64,000 bases of DNA from Mobula hypostoma. Its lineage: Eukaryota. The notes under the pieces are model-generated. The model did no database searches. It was not told the origin of the DNA and was given only the letters and a program-made list of their open reading frames with translations. The position numbers were made by a program, and so were the translations under genes. The DNA lies in NCBI RefSeq assembly GCF_963921235.1, contig NC_086106.1, positions 25,544,001 to 25,608,000 of the forward strand, read 5' to 3'. Shown one piece after another: positions 38,166-50,299 of this stretch (position 1 is its first letter; every line of letters starts with the position of its first letter).

Positions 38166-39835
38166 GACTATGAATACTAGGTTGTGTATTTTGTAACTTC
38201 TCTGATTTTTAACGGAACCATTGAAACAAGCTGGGCATTCTTTTCGCTGTACCCTGAAACAACTGACAACAACAAATATATAACAAAACATAAATCATTT
38301 TGATTTAACTGTGGCGTCTGCAAAGTGAAGGAATATATCAGGCTGTCCTTCATCAGTTCATATAACATGGGTTGAGAAGGAAAGTGGCGGTGCTGCTGGA
38401 CTGCAGAGTGCCTATCATGACACCCTGGCGATATCTGGTATCATGTCCCAGAGATTAGGTTCGATTCCGACTTTCAATGCTGTCAGCAGATATTTATGCG
38501 CTCCGTTTCCAGAATTCCCGAGTTGCTATGTTTTCCACGCTCTGGGTAGCACGTGCTCGTGATCGGAGGATCACTGAATGCACATGTTAAGAGGAATTTG
38601 CCAAATTGGACAGATAAATCAGTCGACAATAACACCATAAGATACAGGAACTGAATTAGGCCATTTGACCTGTCGAGTCAGCTCACCCATTTCAGATGAG
38701 AAGGTGTGGTAATGGAATTATTCGATACACTAAACATATAATTAAAATGAGATATTCAAAACGTCGAAATATACCTTTGGAAAAAGATGTTATCTGTTTG
38801 TGCTCCTTCGACAGTAACCGGACGTTTTCACTGTTTGTCCCTTCCATCGGGGGGAAAACAGAAAATTCTAAAAGGAAGTTCCCATGAAACAACAATCGAC
38901 TATTCCCACTTGCAAGAGTATTGCACAGTGGCATGAAATTGAGTCTTAATCTTGGTATGACCTTGCCCTTTATTTCCTGCCTGTGCTGCATTTTTATATG
39001 TCTATCATAGTTTATTTTTGTATCCTTTTATTGTTTTACTTTGTACCTCCTCGCTAAGCTGTATAGTGAATACATCAGTATAAACAGAATCTATGCAATA
39101 GGCGACAAAAATAAACAAATTCCGTTTTCAATTTAGATATGTAGCAAAATGCTACACGTGCTGATATCATCGGATCCGTTAAATCCGATTTGGAAACCAG
39201 ATTACTCAAGCAATCACTCTGTTGTGATCCCATTCCCTCTCTCTTCCCTCTCTCTCTTTTATACTGATAATACCTTCAAAATATGAATCTCGGTCAAACA
39301 TATGTACTTAAATCATACATTTAATTCAAACATTGAACATTTTTTTCACAGCTTCGGAATGCAACGACCAAAATAGTATTTGGATTCTCCAACACGCTAA
39401 ATATCCGCAGGTTCTGCCTGATTATCTAAATACCCAGTATAAATCATAAGTAGCTGTTTCATCATCCTTAATTTCAGTAGCATGCCACTTGCAATTATTT
39501 GTCAATTCGAAAACGACCACTTTTCACACCACCTGTTTTCCTTTAGTCAGCCATTGTGACATTTAAATATATCCCAGTTCCACTCCGTCCTCATTATTTC
39601 ACACTGCAGGTACTTGAACAAAGTGGCCAAAGACGATGTCAAACAAGGCTGTCAATCGTGATCAGCCGTTGCAGCAAAAGATGGTGGGTGATTGCACATT
39701 GCGGTATCCCAGAAAGTTATAAAGCTCAGTTTCTTTCCGCGTTGTAGTCAGGAACTGCTCCTTCAGCTTCGGCGCCTTCTGCTGCTGAATGCAGTGGTCT
39801 GAAGTAGGGCACGTGACTGTGACTGATTTCCGGGC

Positions 39836-39877
39836 GCGCCCTCTGCAGATTCCTCGGAAAAAGGCGCCCTCCTGTGA
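39836..39877 (-). promoter_or_regulatory. Two CTCF-like motifs 3' of the RSS
   Basis: Gene-sense TCACAGGAGGGCGCC (39863-39877) and TCTGCAGAGGGCGC (39836-39849). Confidence 0.55.
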
Positions 39878-39901
39878 GACCTTTTTGCAATAAACAGAAG
39901 C

Positions 39902-39940
39902 AGTTTTTGCACAGACCCGCCGTCCCTATATAACAGTGTG
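39902..39940 (-). promoter_or_regulatory. 23-RSS
   Basis: CACACTG + TTATATAGGGACGGCGGGTCTGT (23 bp) + GCAAAAACT. Confidence 0.92.
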
Positions 39941-40372
39941 GTACCCATTGCACAGAGATACACAGCAGAGTCCGACACAAGAGCTTCACGGATATTAAAT
40001 TGAGACGTCTTGCTGCTTTTCTGTAAAGTAGCGGTAAACCTCTCTGGGCAATCAGAATGCCGCTGCATTTCTCCTGTGCTATATAGCTTCAGCAAATAAT
40101 TCGGAGATCCTCCATTATGTTGAATGTACCAAAAGATATTTGGATTAGCGTCAGTGTAATTACAGTTCAGTGGTACGTTCTCTCCTTCCTTGGCCGTCAA
40201 GTCGAATGTATCCTGCGTCACTGAATCTTTCCCACTCGTTCCTGTAAGAAAGGACAGAATACATCAACAACGCTGGCTTGCATTGAATGCCGAGCAAATT
40301 CGCTAGTCAGCTTCGATAAGACTCACCAGGCAGCACAGCCAATACAATCAGCAATTTATGAAGGGAAATCAT
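39941..40372 (-). CDS. TRAV: Intact TCR V segment (TRAV/TRDV-like), group A2; leader 40327-40372, V exon 39941-40241
   Basis: MISLHKLLIVLAVLPG|TSGKDSVTQDTF...LNCNY...IFWYIQ...SDSAVYLCAMG. 85-nt GT-AG intron, open frame, 23-RSS. Confidence 0.92.
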
Positions 40373-40520
40373 GGTGTCTAATTTCTGGCTGAATCGAACG
40401 GCAGATTCCTTCCTGGGCGTTATTATCACAATAGATATTGTGGTACGAGGTAGTTTCAGCGATACCTTTCAGATACTTTTCACCTTTTGTGAAACCTAAG
40501 GTGTTTCTTCTGGTTAAAAG

Positions 40521-40560
40521 ATTGGCTGACAGGAACAACCGAGCCTTCTTGAGCACCAAT
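40521..40560 (-). promoter_or_regulatory. Paired opposed CCAAT boxes, putative V promoter
   Basis: ATTGG at 40521-40525 and CCAAT at 40556-40560. Confidence 0.55.
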
Positions 40561-41634
40561 CAGAAGCTGTTTTGTATCCATTCGTCATTCTGCCTGTTTC
40601 TCCGCTCTTACAATGTCCGGTGTNNNNNNNNNNNNNNNNNNNNNNNNNNNNNNNNNNNNNNNNNNNNNNNNNNNNNNNNNNNNNNNNNNNNNNNNNNNNN
40701 NNNNNNNNNNNNNNNNNNNNNNNNNNNNNNNNNNNNNNNNNNNNNNNNNNNNNNNNNNNNNACTAACGTATCAATGTGTAATCTAACATAATTAAGACTT
40801 TTCGTGAGTTCGCTTCTTCAAAATCAACAATATCCCACTGAAAGTAGTTGATTCATTCATTGCATTTGTTTTGGTGGTTAATTATCTGAAGATACATCCT
40901 ACAGTAGGCCTAAAGTGAATATGTTTCCATATTCCAGCATTGAACTACTTATTCCAATGTCAGTAAGAGTTCATCTAAATATTTCCGAATCTTTGTTTGC
41001 TGCTGGGGTGCCAATTTCTTCTTTACGCCAATAGATTCCTGAAAACACTTTCTGTGTAGCCACCACTTTTTTTCGTAAATAAAAATTCACATCGGCCACT
41101 TCCCTTGTAATTTCTTCCATTTGCCTCAAGATATCTTCCACTCGCATGATCCATATCCACCCTTACATCAAAGTGCTAGTTGTCCACTTCATTATGCCCC
41201 TTATCATATCATACACGGCTATTAGTTTACCCTTTACCTTCCGTCGTTCCAACAAGAACGATCCTTCCTCCCAGAAACTGAAATGTCCCGTGGAATATAA
41301 GTGCACTTGCGGATGTGTAACTGATTTTCAACATTACTATTCATTCTCCCTTAATCGTCGATGAAGTGCGATAAATCGTTCCCAGACGATTCTACAAAAG
41401 ATGACAAAATGACTGAACACTCAATGCCCCCATTGTACATGGCAAACATCTGCTGACTATTTGTGCAACGGTACGCCGGGCAGCAAAACCCATATTATCA
41501 GTTAGGATCTGGAAGCACATAGAGTCTACATTCAGGCGAGATCTAAGCCAGATTACATTCAAGAAGCTAATGCCACAGACTGGCGACAATTATTTCAGAT
41601 ACGCTACATCCTTCACTTTGTGAGAAACCTCCCT

Positions 41635-42817
41635 TTTTGCAAGGGGGCATTTAAGGAGCCAACTCAAGTGCATGAAACAGACACCGAAGTATGAGGAACT
41701 GGACTAAGATTATCAAGAATGCTAGGGAAGCAGGGATTGATCGGGGTAATCCAGGAAAGAGCAAAGCGTTAGCAGGAATAAGCGTACCTGGAAAAGGACA
41801 CAGGCCCTGAACTAGACTAGGACTCATGTCCTGGAATAGGACTTGGACTAGTAGCACGGGATCCGGACGTGGAAATTGGAACAAGGAGCCAGGACTAGAA
41901 ACTCGGAACTCCGGAAAAAGAGTCTGGACAGGGACACGGAACCTGGATCTTGACTCAGACCCGGAACCCGGGCCTGGGCTAGGACTCGAGACTAGGAACT
42001 TGGCTAGGAATCGGAAGGAGGACTTGGATCGGACGAAATTCGACGGGGACTTGGATCGGAAATAACAGTCGACAGGGACCTGGAACACGAGGCCTTGACT
42101 TGGACTGGACTGCAATACGAAGCCTTGATTGAACTGGACTGTAACACGAAACACAAAGCCGGGACTCCTCCTTGGATACAGGATATTGGCCGGGACTCCT
42201 TCTTGGATACAGGATATGGTCCGGGACTCCTCTCAGACACGGAATACATAGCTAGGACCCCTCCTTGAGTAAAAGACATAGGGCAGGGACTCCTCTTATA
42301 CACAGAACACTGACCACGAAGAGACAGATCTTGACTCAAGGTAGCGACAGACAGCTAGACCTACATAGCGAAGGCGAGGTCATGAAAAGACAAGACCACA
42401 CAACAATAGACTGTTCCTAATATTGACGAGACAAGGCTCCGGTCTCAATCCGGCGGGTTAACTTGACGTGCATTCTGACGAAGTCACAGACTAGGTTTGT
42501 GGACGACTTCACAGACGAGGTGATTGACGAAGGTTGCTGACAACGTTTCAGGGCAGGTTTTACACTAGGTTACAGACGAGTTTATAGAGGAGCTACAGAC
42601 GAGGTACAGACAAAGTGACTCAAGGGGTTCTGAAGGGAACTGTGCAGACGCTATTACTGGACCCCTGAGCTTTTTTTATGTTGGCAGCCCGAGACGAGAC
42701 TCAGGTGCCTCAGTTAAGGTCCCCGACGGAGCAAGGGCAAAATGAAGTAACTGGAATACTAAATCCACGGGCCGGACCGTGAAGCGGAATGCGCACTTCA
42801 CGGACTGGACCGTGATA
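41635..42817 (-). mobile_element. Solo LTR, duplicated copy of 12147-13267
   Basis: Same flanks and internal sequence. Termini have decayed to TTTTGCA...CCGTGATA. Confidence 0.75.
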
Positions 42818-43033
42818 ACCGTAAATTGCCCTGCTAAATGTGAGCTGAACCGTTCTTGTCTATCTCACACCTCCGTCCTTCGATGTACTTTAAATGACAC
42901 TTCATTTCTAGCAATGGATCGCCGTCCGACTTTCGTGATTCTCTTAAATTTTCGCCGCCGTGGCACGCTGTGTCGGTCTCTGTAGTCCAATCTAGTCCTT
43001 TATTTGTTTCCCTATACCCACGCCGACCATCCA

Positions 43034-43072
<39 letters not shown>

Positions 43073-43609
43073 CTCTCTCTCTATCTATCTATCTATCTCC
43101 CCCTCTCTCTCTTCTTGCTCCCTAGCTTTGTGGCTACATCCGTTTACAAGCTGCCAGTTCACTCGGTATTCCGGTATTCATTGTCAATCTGAAAAAAAAA
43201 TCAATTCTTGTTCACTTTTAAGAAGCTAATGTTAATAGAGTCCATCTGAAATTTGTCTTCATCAGAAGGATTTACATGACAGCTTATCCGATACTGTCTA
43301 GTCACATGCACGCTCCGTATCTCCAGGTTGCAGTCATCTTCACTGTAAATCGCGCAAACTCGTCAAAGATTATGTCCTGCCAAATGGTAACCACACAATA
43401 TTGTTATAGGCAACAGAAGCACAATATTGTTATGGACACTGAGATATAGTGAAAAATATTTCGGAAAAATGCCACAGTAATTCGAGGTAAAGCTGAATTC
43501 AAGAAGGGTTCCGCAATGTTTGGCGCATTTTGCTGTTGAATCCGGCATTTTAAGTCGACCACATGATCCTTATGCTTTGTGCGTGCGGCTGTTCCAGTCT
43601 CCCAGCTAT

Positions 43610-43624
43610 GGCGCCCTCTAGTGA
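43610..43624 (-). promoter_or_regulatory. CTCF-like motif next to a destroyed RSS
   Basis: Gene-sense TCACTAGAGGGCGCC, identical to 21556-21570. Confidence 0.6.
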
Positions 43625-43662
43625 TCACGAATCCGGACCCGCTGTACCCCTGCAGTTCCGTA

Positions 43663-43707
43663 GGGTGCTTTGCACAGTGGTATACACCGGAGACTGGGAC
43701 AGGAACT

Positions 43708-43741
<34 letters not shown>

Positions 43742-44108
43742 GAGCAGACTCTGCCTCTGTGCATATCAGCTGAAAATCTCGCCGAACATTCTGGAGGTTG
43801 CTCCAGTGTTCCTGAGCCATGTACCTTCAGCATTTATTTCTAGAGATATTCTGCGATGCTGAATGTATCAAAAATATTTGCATTAGTTCTTCTGTAATTG
43901 CAGTGTAGTGTTAAGAGCTGACATTCCTCAGCCGTTAATTTGGTAGCATACTAAATCAATGAACCTTTCTCCCTTGTTCCTGCATTAAAGGACAAAATGC
44001 ACTAATATCTTGACTTTCACTGAGCTCACGTGGCACTCTCTGGTCACATGTGCAGCGTCCTGCCTGTCAGGATGACGAATGTAATGACACGAAACAAAGG
44101 GAGCAGAT
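43663..44108 (-). pseudogene. TCR V pseudogene, group B
   Basis: ATG changed to ATC, donor GCAGG, (TA)14 inside FR3, ends VYHCAK. Heptamer TACGGAA, nonamer deleted. Confidence 0.85.
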
Positions 44109-45559
44109 GCTTCTGGCTTCAGCCTCGATAGGACTGCAGATAACTTCCAAGAAATTATCTCTATGGCAGATGTTAGGGAGTAAAATTGTATCAAAAATAG
44201 ATTTCACAGTGCCCTGGTCAAAGATTGGTAGATGAAACGAAGCCGAGGCTCTATGAACACGAAAAAGATTTCGTTGATTTCCGTCCTCTTCATTTTTGCC
44301 TCACACTATAAATCTTTCTCCCCATCGCGCTCTCTTTTTCCCTCCTCGCTCTCCGCTCCCTGTCTCTCTCCCTCTATCTATTTATCTATCTTTCTCTCTT
44401 TCTCACTCTTTCTCTCTGTCTCTCTTTCTCACTCTCTTGATCTCTCCCCTCCTTCTTCTCTCTCTCGCTCTCCTTCCGAATATTAATTTTTGTTTATCTA
44501 CCTCTTTTGTTCACTCCATGAATTCATTCTCGCTTCCTTTGCCTCTGCTCTATCCCTTCTCACACCATGTCAATCCACGCTAACCAGCGTATTACTGAGT
44601 CATCCACCACGTTATGACTTTCTACTGGACCTGCTATCTATCTTACCGATAGATTTTTTAAGTTACTGACGAAATACTTTTCAATCTATCAGCATCCCGC
44701 TAGATATTCCTTGTGAATAGTACACCAATATTTACCCCCTAATATTTTTCCATAGGTGATCTAATCTCCTATCCATGGCAATAGACTCAATTCAGAATTT
44801 ATTTTCTGCAGGTGCCTTCGGCCTCACATCTTAATGGTTCCTTTCTCAGAATGTAAAGTCCCTGTAAGTCCTGTTCACCGTGCACCATGAAAGAAATCTT
44901 TCCAAGAGTTCAAAGTCGTGACCGTGTATTGTAGACAATAAGGGGAAATGAATATTGAGATGTCTCGAAAATCTTTTAACTTCTTATTTGTACCAACAAA
45001 CTGAATTTAGGCCTAGACGCCTGCGATCCTGAGAATTGCCGGATTCAGGCGAACGAGAACCCTCCTTTGTCTTTGCGTCCATTCTTGATTCGCTCTCTAG
45101 TCAGCGCTCTGTACACCAGCGAGCTACTGTAATTCCGTGTCGATTATTCCCCTTTAACGGTGCGTGCTGCAAGGCAGAAAGATACAAAGAAGAGTCCGAC
45201 GCAAGTGCCTCGGTGATGTTTCATTGAATCACCTTCGTCCATTTCGCAAAGTGGTGGTAAACGGCAAAACATCTCCTGACGACAAGTAGCAGTGCGGAAA
45301 AGAGACAGAGTTGATGCTAGAATACAGTCTTCTCAGTGTCAGCAAAGCAAACGAACGGGTCATTGACATCAGAAAGGGAGAGGGCGAGAACACAATAACT
45401 TTTTCCAATAACTTTTTTAGGTATAGCACATAGGCGCCATGTCCAAGGATGCTCAAAAATACCATCAAGACCTCAGTAGGCTAAATAAAATTTATAAATA
45501 AAATAAGATTGCAGAGGAGGTTCCGAACCATGAGTCCAGTAATGCAAGCGTTATCATTC

Positions 45560-46000
45560 GAGAAATGTTTGATATTTATGAGTCTGTGTTCGCTGGAATT
45601 TAGAAGATGAGGGGGATCTCACTGAATCATTTCGAATTTTGAAAGTCCTAGACAGAGTATATGTGAATAGGATGTTTCATATGGTGGGCGAGTCTAGGAG
45701 AATAGGGCAAAGCCTCTGGTGAGACGGCGTCAACTTAATACAGAGATGCGGAAAAATTCTATCAGCGGGAGTGTAGTGAATTTGTTGCATTTGTTAGCAT
45801 GGGCAGCTGCGGAGGACAGGTGGCTGGGTATACTTAAGGCAGACCGTGATATGTTTTTGATTGGCCACCGTATCAACGATTCCGGAGGGAAGTCCGGGTG
45901 TCGGGCTGAGGAACGGTCAATCGATGAGCCGTGATTTATTGGCGGAGCAGATTCAGTGGGCCAAAGGCCTTAATTCTTCTGCTACGTTTTATGGTCTTAT
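45560..46000 (+). mobile_element. CR1 3' fragment
   Basis: Paralogous to about 34770-35220, with a TTATGGTCTT tail. Confidence 0.7.
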
Positions 46001-46239
46001 GCTAATAGCCACTCTTTCAAAATGGATAAGTTTTAACAGACTTTCAATTCTGCGCTCTCGACCCTCTTCGCGTGTCTTCTTCTTGCTGAATCCGTACCAG
46101 AATATGTCTCATTCCCTTCTTTGTCTCCCTTAACCACTCCTATCACCTGTTTCCTCTCCTCTCTGCCCCGCTCTTTCTGTCTCTTTTTTAATCATCCACT
46201 TTTCGTCTTTAACTTTCGTTCACTCACTTTCCCTTCCCC

Positions 46240-46273
<34 letters not shown>

Positions 46274-47397
46274 TTCTATCTAGCCCCCCCCCCCGCCTTT
46301 TGTACGCCTTCCATGTGGATGCTCCTAATAGGCAAACATTCATCCTCGCATACATATATTCCTCCTTGTATGAAACTGTTACTAGGGGTTGTGGGTGTGT
46401 TGTAGCTCATGTGATCCTGACCCTTCACCCTCTTGTAGCCTCTGAGCAGGGAGGTTGTGTTGTCTCAGGACGGGGCGTTGTTCGACGTTGAGCAGGGTGG
46501 GGTGAGCCGCGGGCGCCCTCCGTTCGATGTGCCCATTGTACGTAGGATCGGCAATCGTACTGCATTAGGGAGGACTGATCATGCAAATATACATAGCGGA
46601 ACCCTGCACAAAACCACTGGGGATATTTGAAACCAAGCAGTGGTTTCATGTCCAAACAACCTGAAACCTTCACCGATGTAGTTTGCTATTGAGTTTCGCT
46701 GTCCTAATTAACCACGTGATTCTCGCAAATATTTGGGTACGCCACTTCGACTTTTCTATCACGACCCGCCCTCTAGCGACGGTTCACTGCATCACACCTC
46801 GCACATACAGTATGTACTTTAAACATAAATTCACTTTGAACAACGACCGTTTCTCACAGTCCGGAAATGCAACGACCAAAATACTGTTTGCATTCTCTAT
46901 CACGCTAAACATCCCCAGGATCTGTCGCATTATCTAAATACGCAGTCTAAATCATAATGAGCTACTGCAACATCCTTAATTTTAGCAGCATGGCACTTTC
47001 TATTCTTTGTCAAACTGAAAACAGCGAGTTTGCCCACGCTTTGTTTTCCTTCAGTGAACAACTGTCCTACTTAAATATAATGCAGTTCCACTCCTTCCTT
47101 ATTGCTTCTCCATGCAGAAGCTCGAACAATGTGGCCAAAGACGACGTCATACTACGTTGCCAATCGCAATATGTGGTTGCAGCAAAGAGGGTGGGTTAAT
47201 GCACATTGCCGTATCCCGGAAATACATTATAAAGATCAATTTTCGGTTTGCGTTGTAGTCATGAACTGTTCCGTTACCTTCGGCGCCTTGTGTTGGTGAT
47301 TGCAGGGCAAGTGACCACGGCTGATTTCAGTGTGACCGCTACCACTTTCCCGGCAAAAGACGCCCTCCAGTGAGAGCTTTGTACATTATACAGAACC

Positions 47398-47910
47398 AAT
47401 TTTTGTTCGAGACCCGCCGTCTTCATGCAACAGATGGCACTCATTGCACAGAGATAGATGCCAAAGTCCGACACAAGAGCTTTAATGATATTCCATTGAG
47501 CGGTCTTGCTGTCTTTGTACAGAGGTATATTCCAGAGTCCGGGACAAGAATTCCAGAGATACTGAAAATGGTTGACTCTCCGTTTGTGCATAACAGCTGT
47601 AAACCTCGCCGGGGCATTCTGAGTCCACGCCAGTTTTCCTCATCATATATCTTCAGCAGTTGTTAGGAGATTCACCGCGATGATTGTCTTAGTTCGTGTG
47701 TAACTGCATTTCAGTGCTATCATCTGACTTTCGTCAGCCGATAATTCAGGAGCATCCTGATCACAGAATTGTACTTTCTCGTTCCTGCAATAAACGATAG
47801 AATGCAGTGATTTCCCTGACTTGCACTGAACTGCGCTCTCGCTGGTCACGTGTGCAGCGTCTTAGCTGTCAGGATGACGAATGAAACCTATAAGAAACTG
47901 AGGGGCACAT
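47398..47910 (-). pseudogene. Chimeric V pseudogene: group B V fused to the FR3 and RSS of a group A1 V
   Basis: ...DSGIYLC (about 47517-47540) is followed by KDSKTAQWNIIKALVSDFGIYLCAMS in another frame and a degenerate RSS (CATCTG...ACAAAAATT). Confidence 0.85.
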
Positions 47911-48132
47911 GCTCACTCGCTTCAGCCACGAAGGAATCGCAAATCACTTACAACAATCTATCAACATGACAGATAAGGGAGCGTAAAACATATCAGATGT
48001 AGACTGAATTGGCAAAGCTCAACGATTGCTGGATAAAACCAGAACAAAGGATATATGAGCACTAATCAGAAGCCAGTGACGTTGAAAACCCCTTGTTGCC
48101 TTTTCCCACACTATAAATCTCTCCCCCCCCCC

Positions 48133-48169
<37 letters not shown>

Positions 48170-48700
48170 CCCCGCCCCCGACCCGTCTCACGGTCTGTAG
48201 AACATCTTATCAGCCCTACATGTTGCTCAAAAGTGCCACAATAAAAGTGACAGTGTACTCGAACTGAATGTCATTCGAATAAACCAGCCTTTTATTCCCG
48301 AGTTTCTGATAGCGGGAAAAACATCTTTCCTTGCTACATATCGACGTCAATAATATTTACTACTACAATCGCCATTAGAGTGATATCCTATCCAATATTT
48401 GCCCGGAATATGAAGACATTGTGCACGCAGAGATTCCTTCATCGTTGTGGAAATCTACCAAATATATTTGCGACGAAGATGTCAATGTGCACTCGAGCTT
48501 TACGAAAATCCGACGTGAGCGTGTGATCTCACATGGATTCAACGTAAGTTCTTTAGCTTGTACGATTTGTCTTGGCGACTAGCTCCCTGATGAAATGGAC
48601 CTCGAGATCTTCATTGATTCATGTGCATCTTTTATAACGTTTCAGAAAAGCGCGCCCTCTGCCCATGGCCTGTTCTTACGGGTCTTGCATCTCCCTGCGA

Positions 48701-49017
48701 CGATATGAGTTCCAGGATACAAATGTACACGCCGGATTCCGACAGCGGAACCGGGAGGACACGGAGAAATTTAAATGAACCATCTTCCTATCTGGCTGCG
48801 GAAAAGCTGTAAAGGTCAGGGCACATTCTAGAGATTGTTACTGCTTTGTGTTGTACTCCTTCAGCAAGTATCTTAGACGTTTTCCTCGATACTCAATATA
48901 AAATAAAAGAATACAACTATTTTATATCGAGTTATTTCAGTTGTATAATATTGGCTGCCATGCTCAGCAGTTAATTTAGGAGGATATTGTGCTACTGAAT
49001 TTTTCCCGAGTGAAAAC
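48701..49017 (-). pseudogene. Old degenerate TCR V pseudogene
   Basis: Acceptor at 49018-49019, KNSVAQYPPKLTAE FR1, SESGVYIC FR3, heptamer relic CATATCG. Confidence 0.7.
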
Positions 49018-50299
49018 CTGTAATAAAGGACAGAATGTCTCGCCAGCCTAGCTTCACATTCAACTGAATATATACACACTGGTCCTTTTTTTGCACAGAT
49101 TCATTGTACTGCATGCTAAATATGACAGTTGGTGAAAGCGGGAGCACTGCAGTCGACGTTGATAAAATTATTCTGGTATTTAACATAATTTAAGCGATAC
49201 TGAAGAATCAGGTCAAACCCACCTTGAATGTACCTTGATCATAAATAAGCACCGATCAGAATAGCCTTTGACTTTAATCCAGTGTCACTGTCTGCCTGTG
49301 TGTCTCATCCCTCATATTCCGTCTCCCTTCTCACCACACCGCTGTCACACACACTAACTCTCTTCCTTAGAATTTAATAACAGTTGCTTGCATTAAACGA
49401 ATATTGATTCCAGAAATACCAGAAATTAAGGAAAACAATGAAGGTCCAAGTATTTTGAAATTGGAAGTTTGTAATGCAATAAATAAGATGAAGGAAGGAA
49501 AGGATGTTTTTTATCTTCGTCCTGTCGAGGTGCTTCAGCTCAAAATTCCGACTCTACTTTTTTATAGATCTTGACTCTCCTGCTCAGTTCCTCCAGCATT
49601 AGGTGCGCCTTGATATAAAGGCAAATTCCATTCAATAAATAAGACTCTCTTACTGCTCTGATCAGCTGAACAAGCGAGGGAAGAGATTGGCGATTGTTAC
49701 GGGACATTCTGAGGCTTAAAGCGATCACGTCATATCGCCGCTTGTTTCTTCATTAATTGACTTACCACAGCCAGTTGAATATCCCGTCTGCGCCGCAAGC
49801 AAAGCAGCTAACTAACTGAAAACTAAGGCAGTAATTTCTCCCCTTCCCCTTGGGGTATGCTCCTAAACCCCGCCATCAGCTCCACTGGTCTTCTCGTCGT
49901 GAACACAAACATTTCCTTCTAACGCTTGAAGGTAACACGCGGAGTTTGGAAGAGGATTCTCTTACATAAAAGAGCGCACCATATCAGCAGCCGAACATTT
50001 GAGACTCTGTGCCCGTCGTTGTCTTTGTACATATTAGAGACAGCCACCCATCGGACATCTGAGAGGTCTGCTCCATCCAATTTTCCTCCTCCGCCTCTCG
50101 GGGATGTGCTTCACTCCCTTTACAATTATCAGGCTACGATGACATTGTTTCTCCGCCGGTGTATTTTGACTTTAATGTGGTAGGGATATAAGCGCTGATA
50201 CCCACTCAGAATATTTCCCCTTGCTAGAGGATTCATTAGACCTCCCACATCAGACAATTCCTTCCCTTCACTCCGAAGCAACGAGATCACCTTGTCTTT

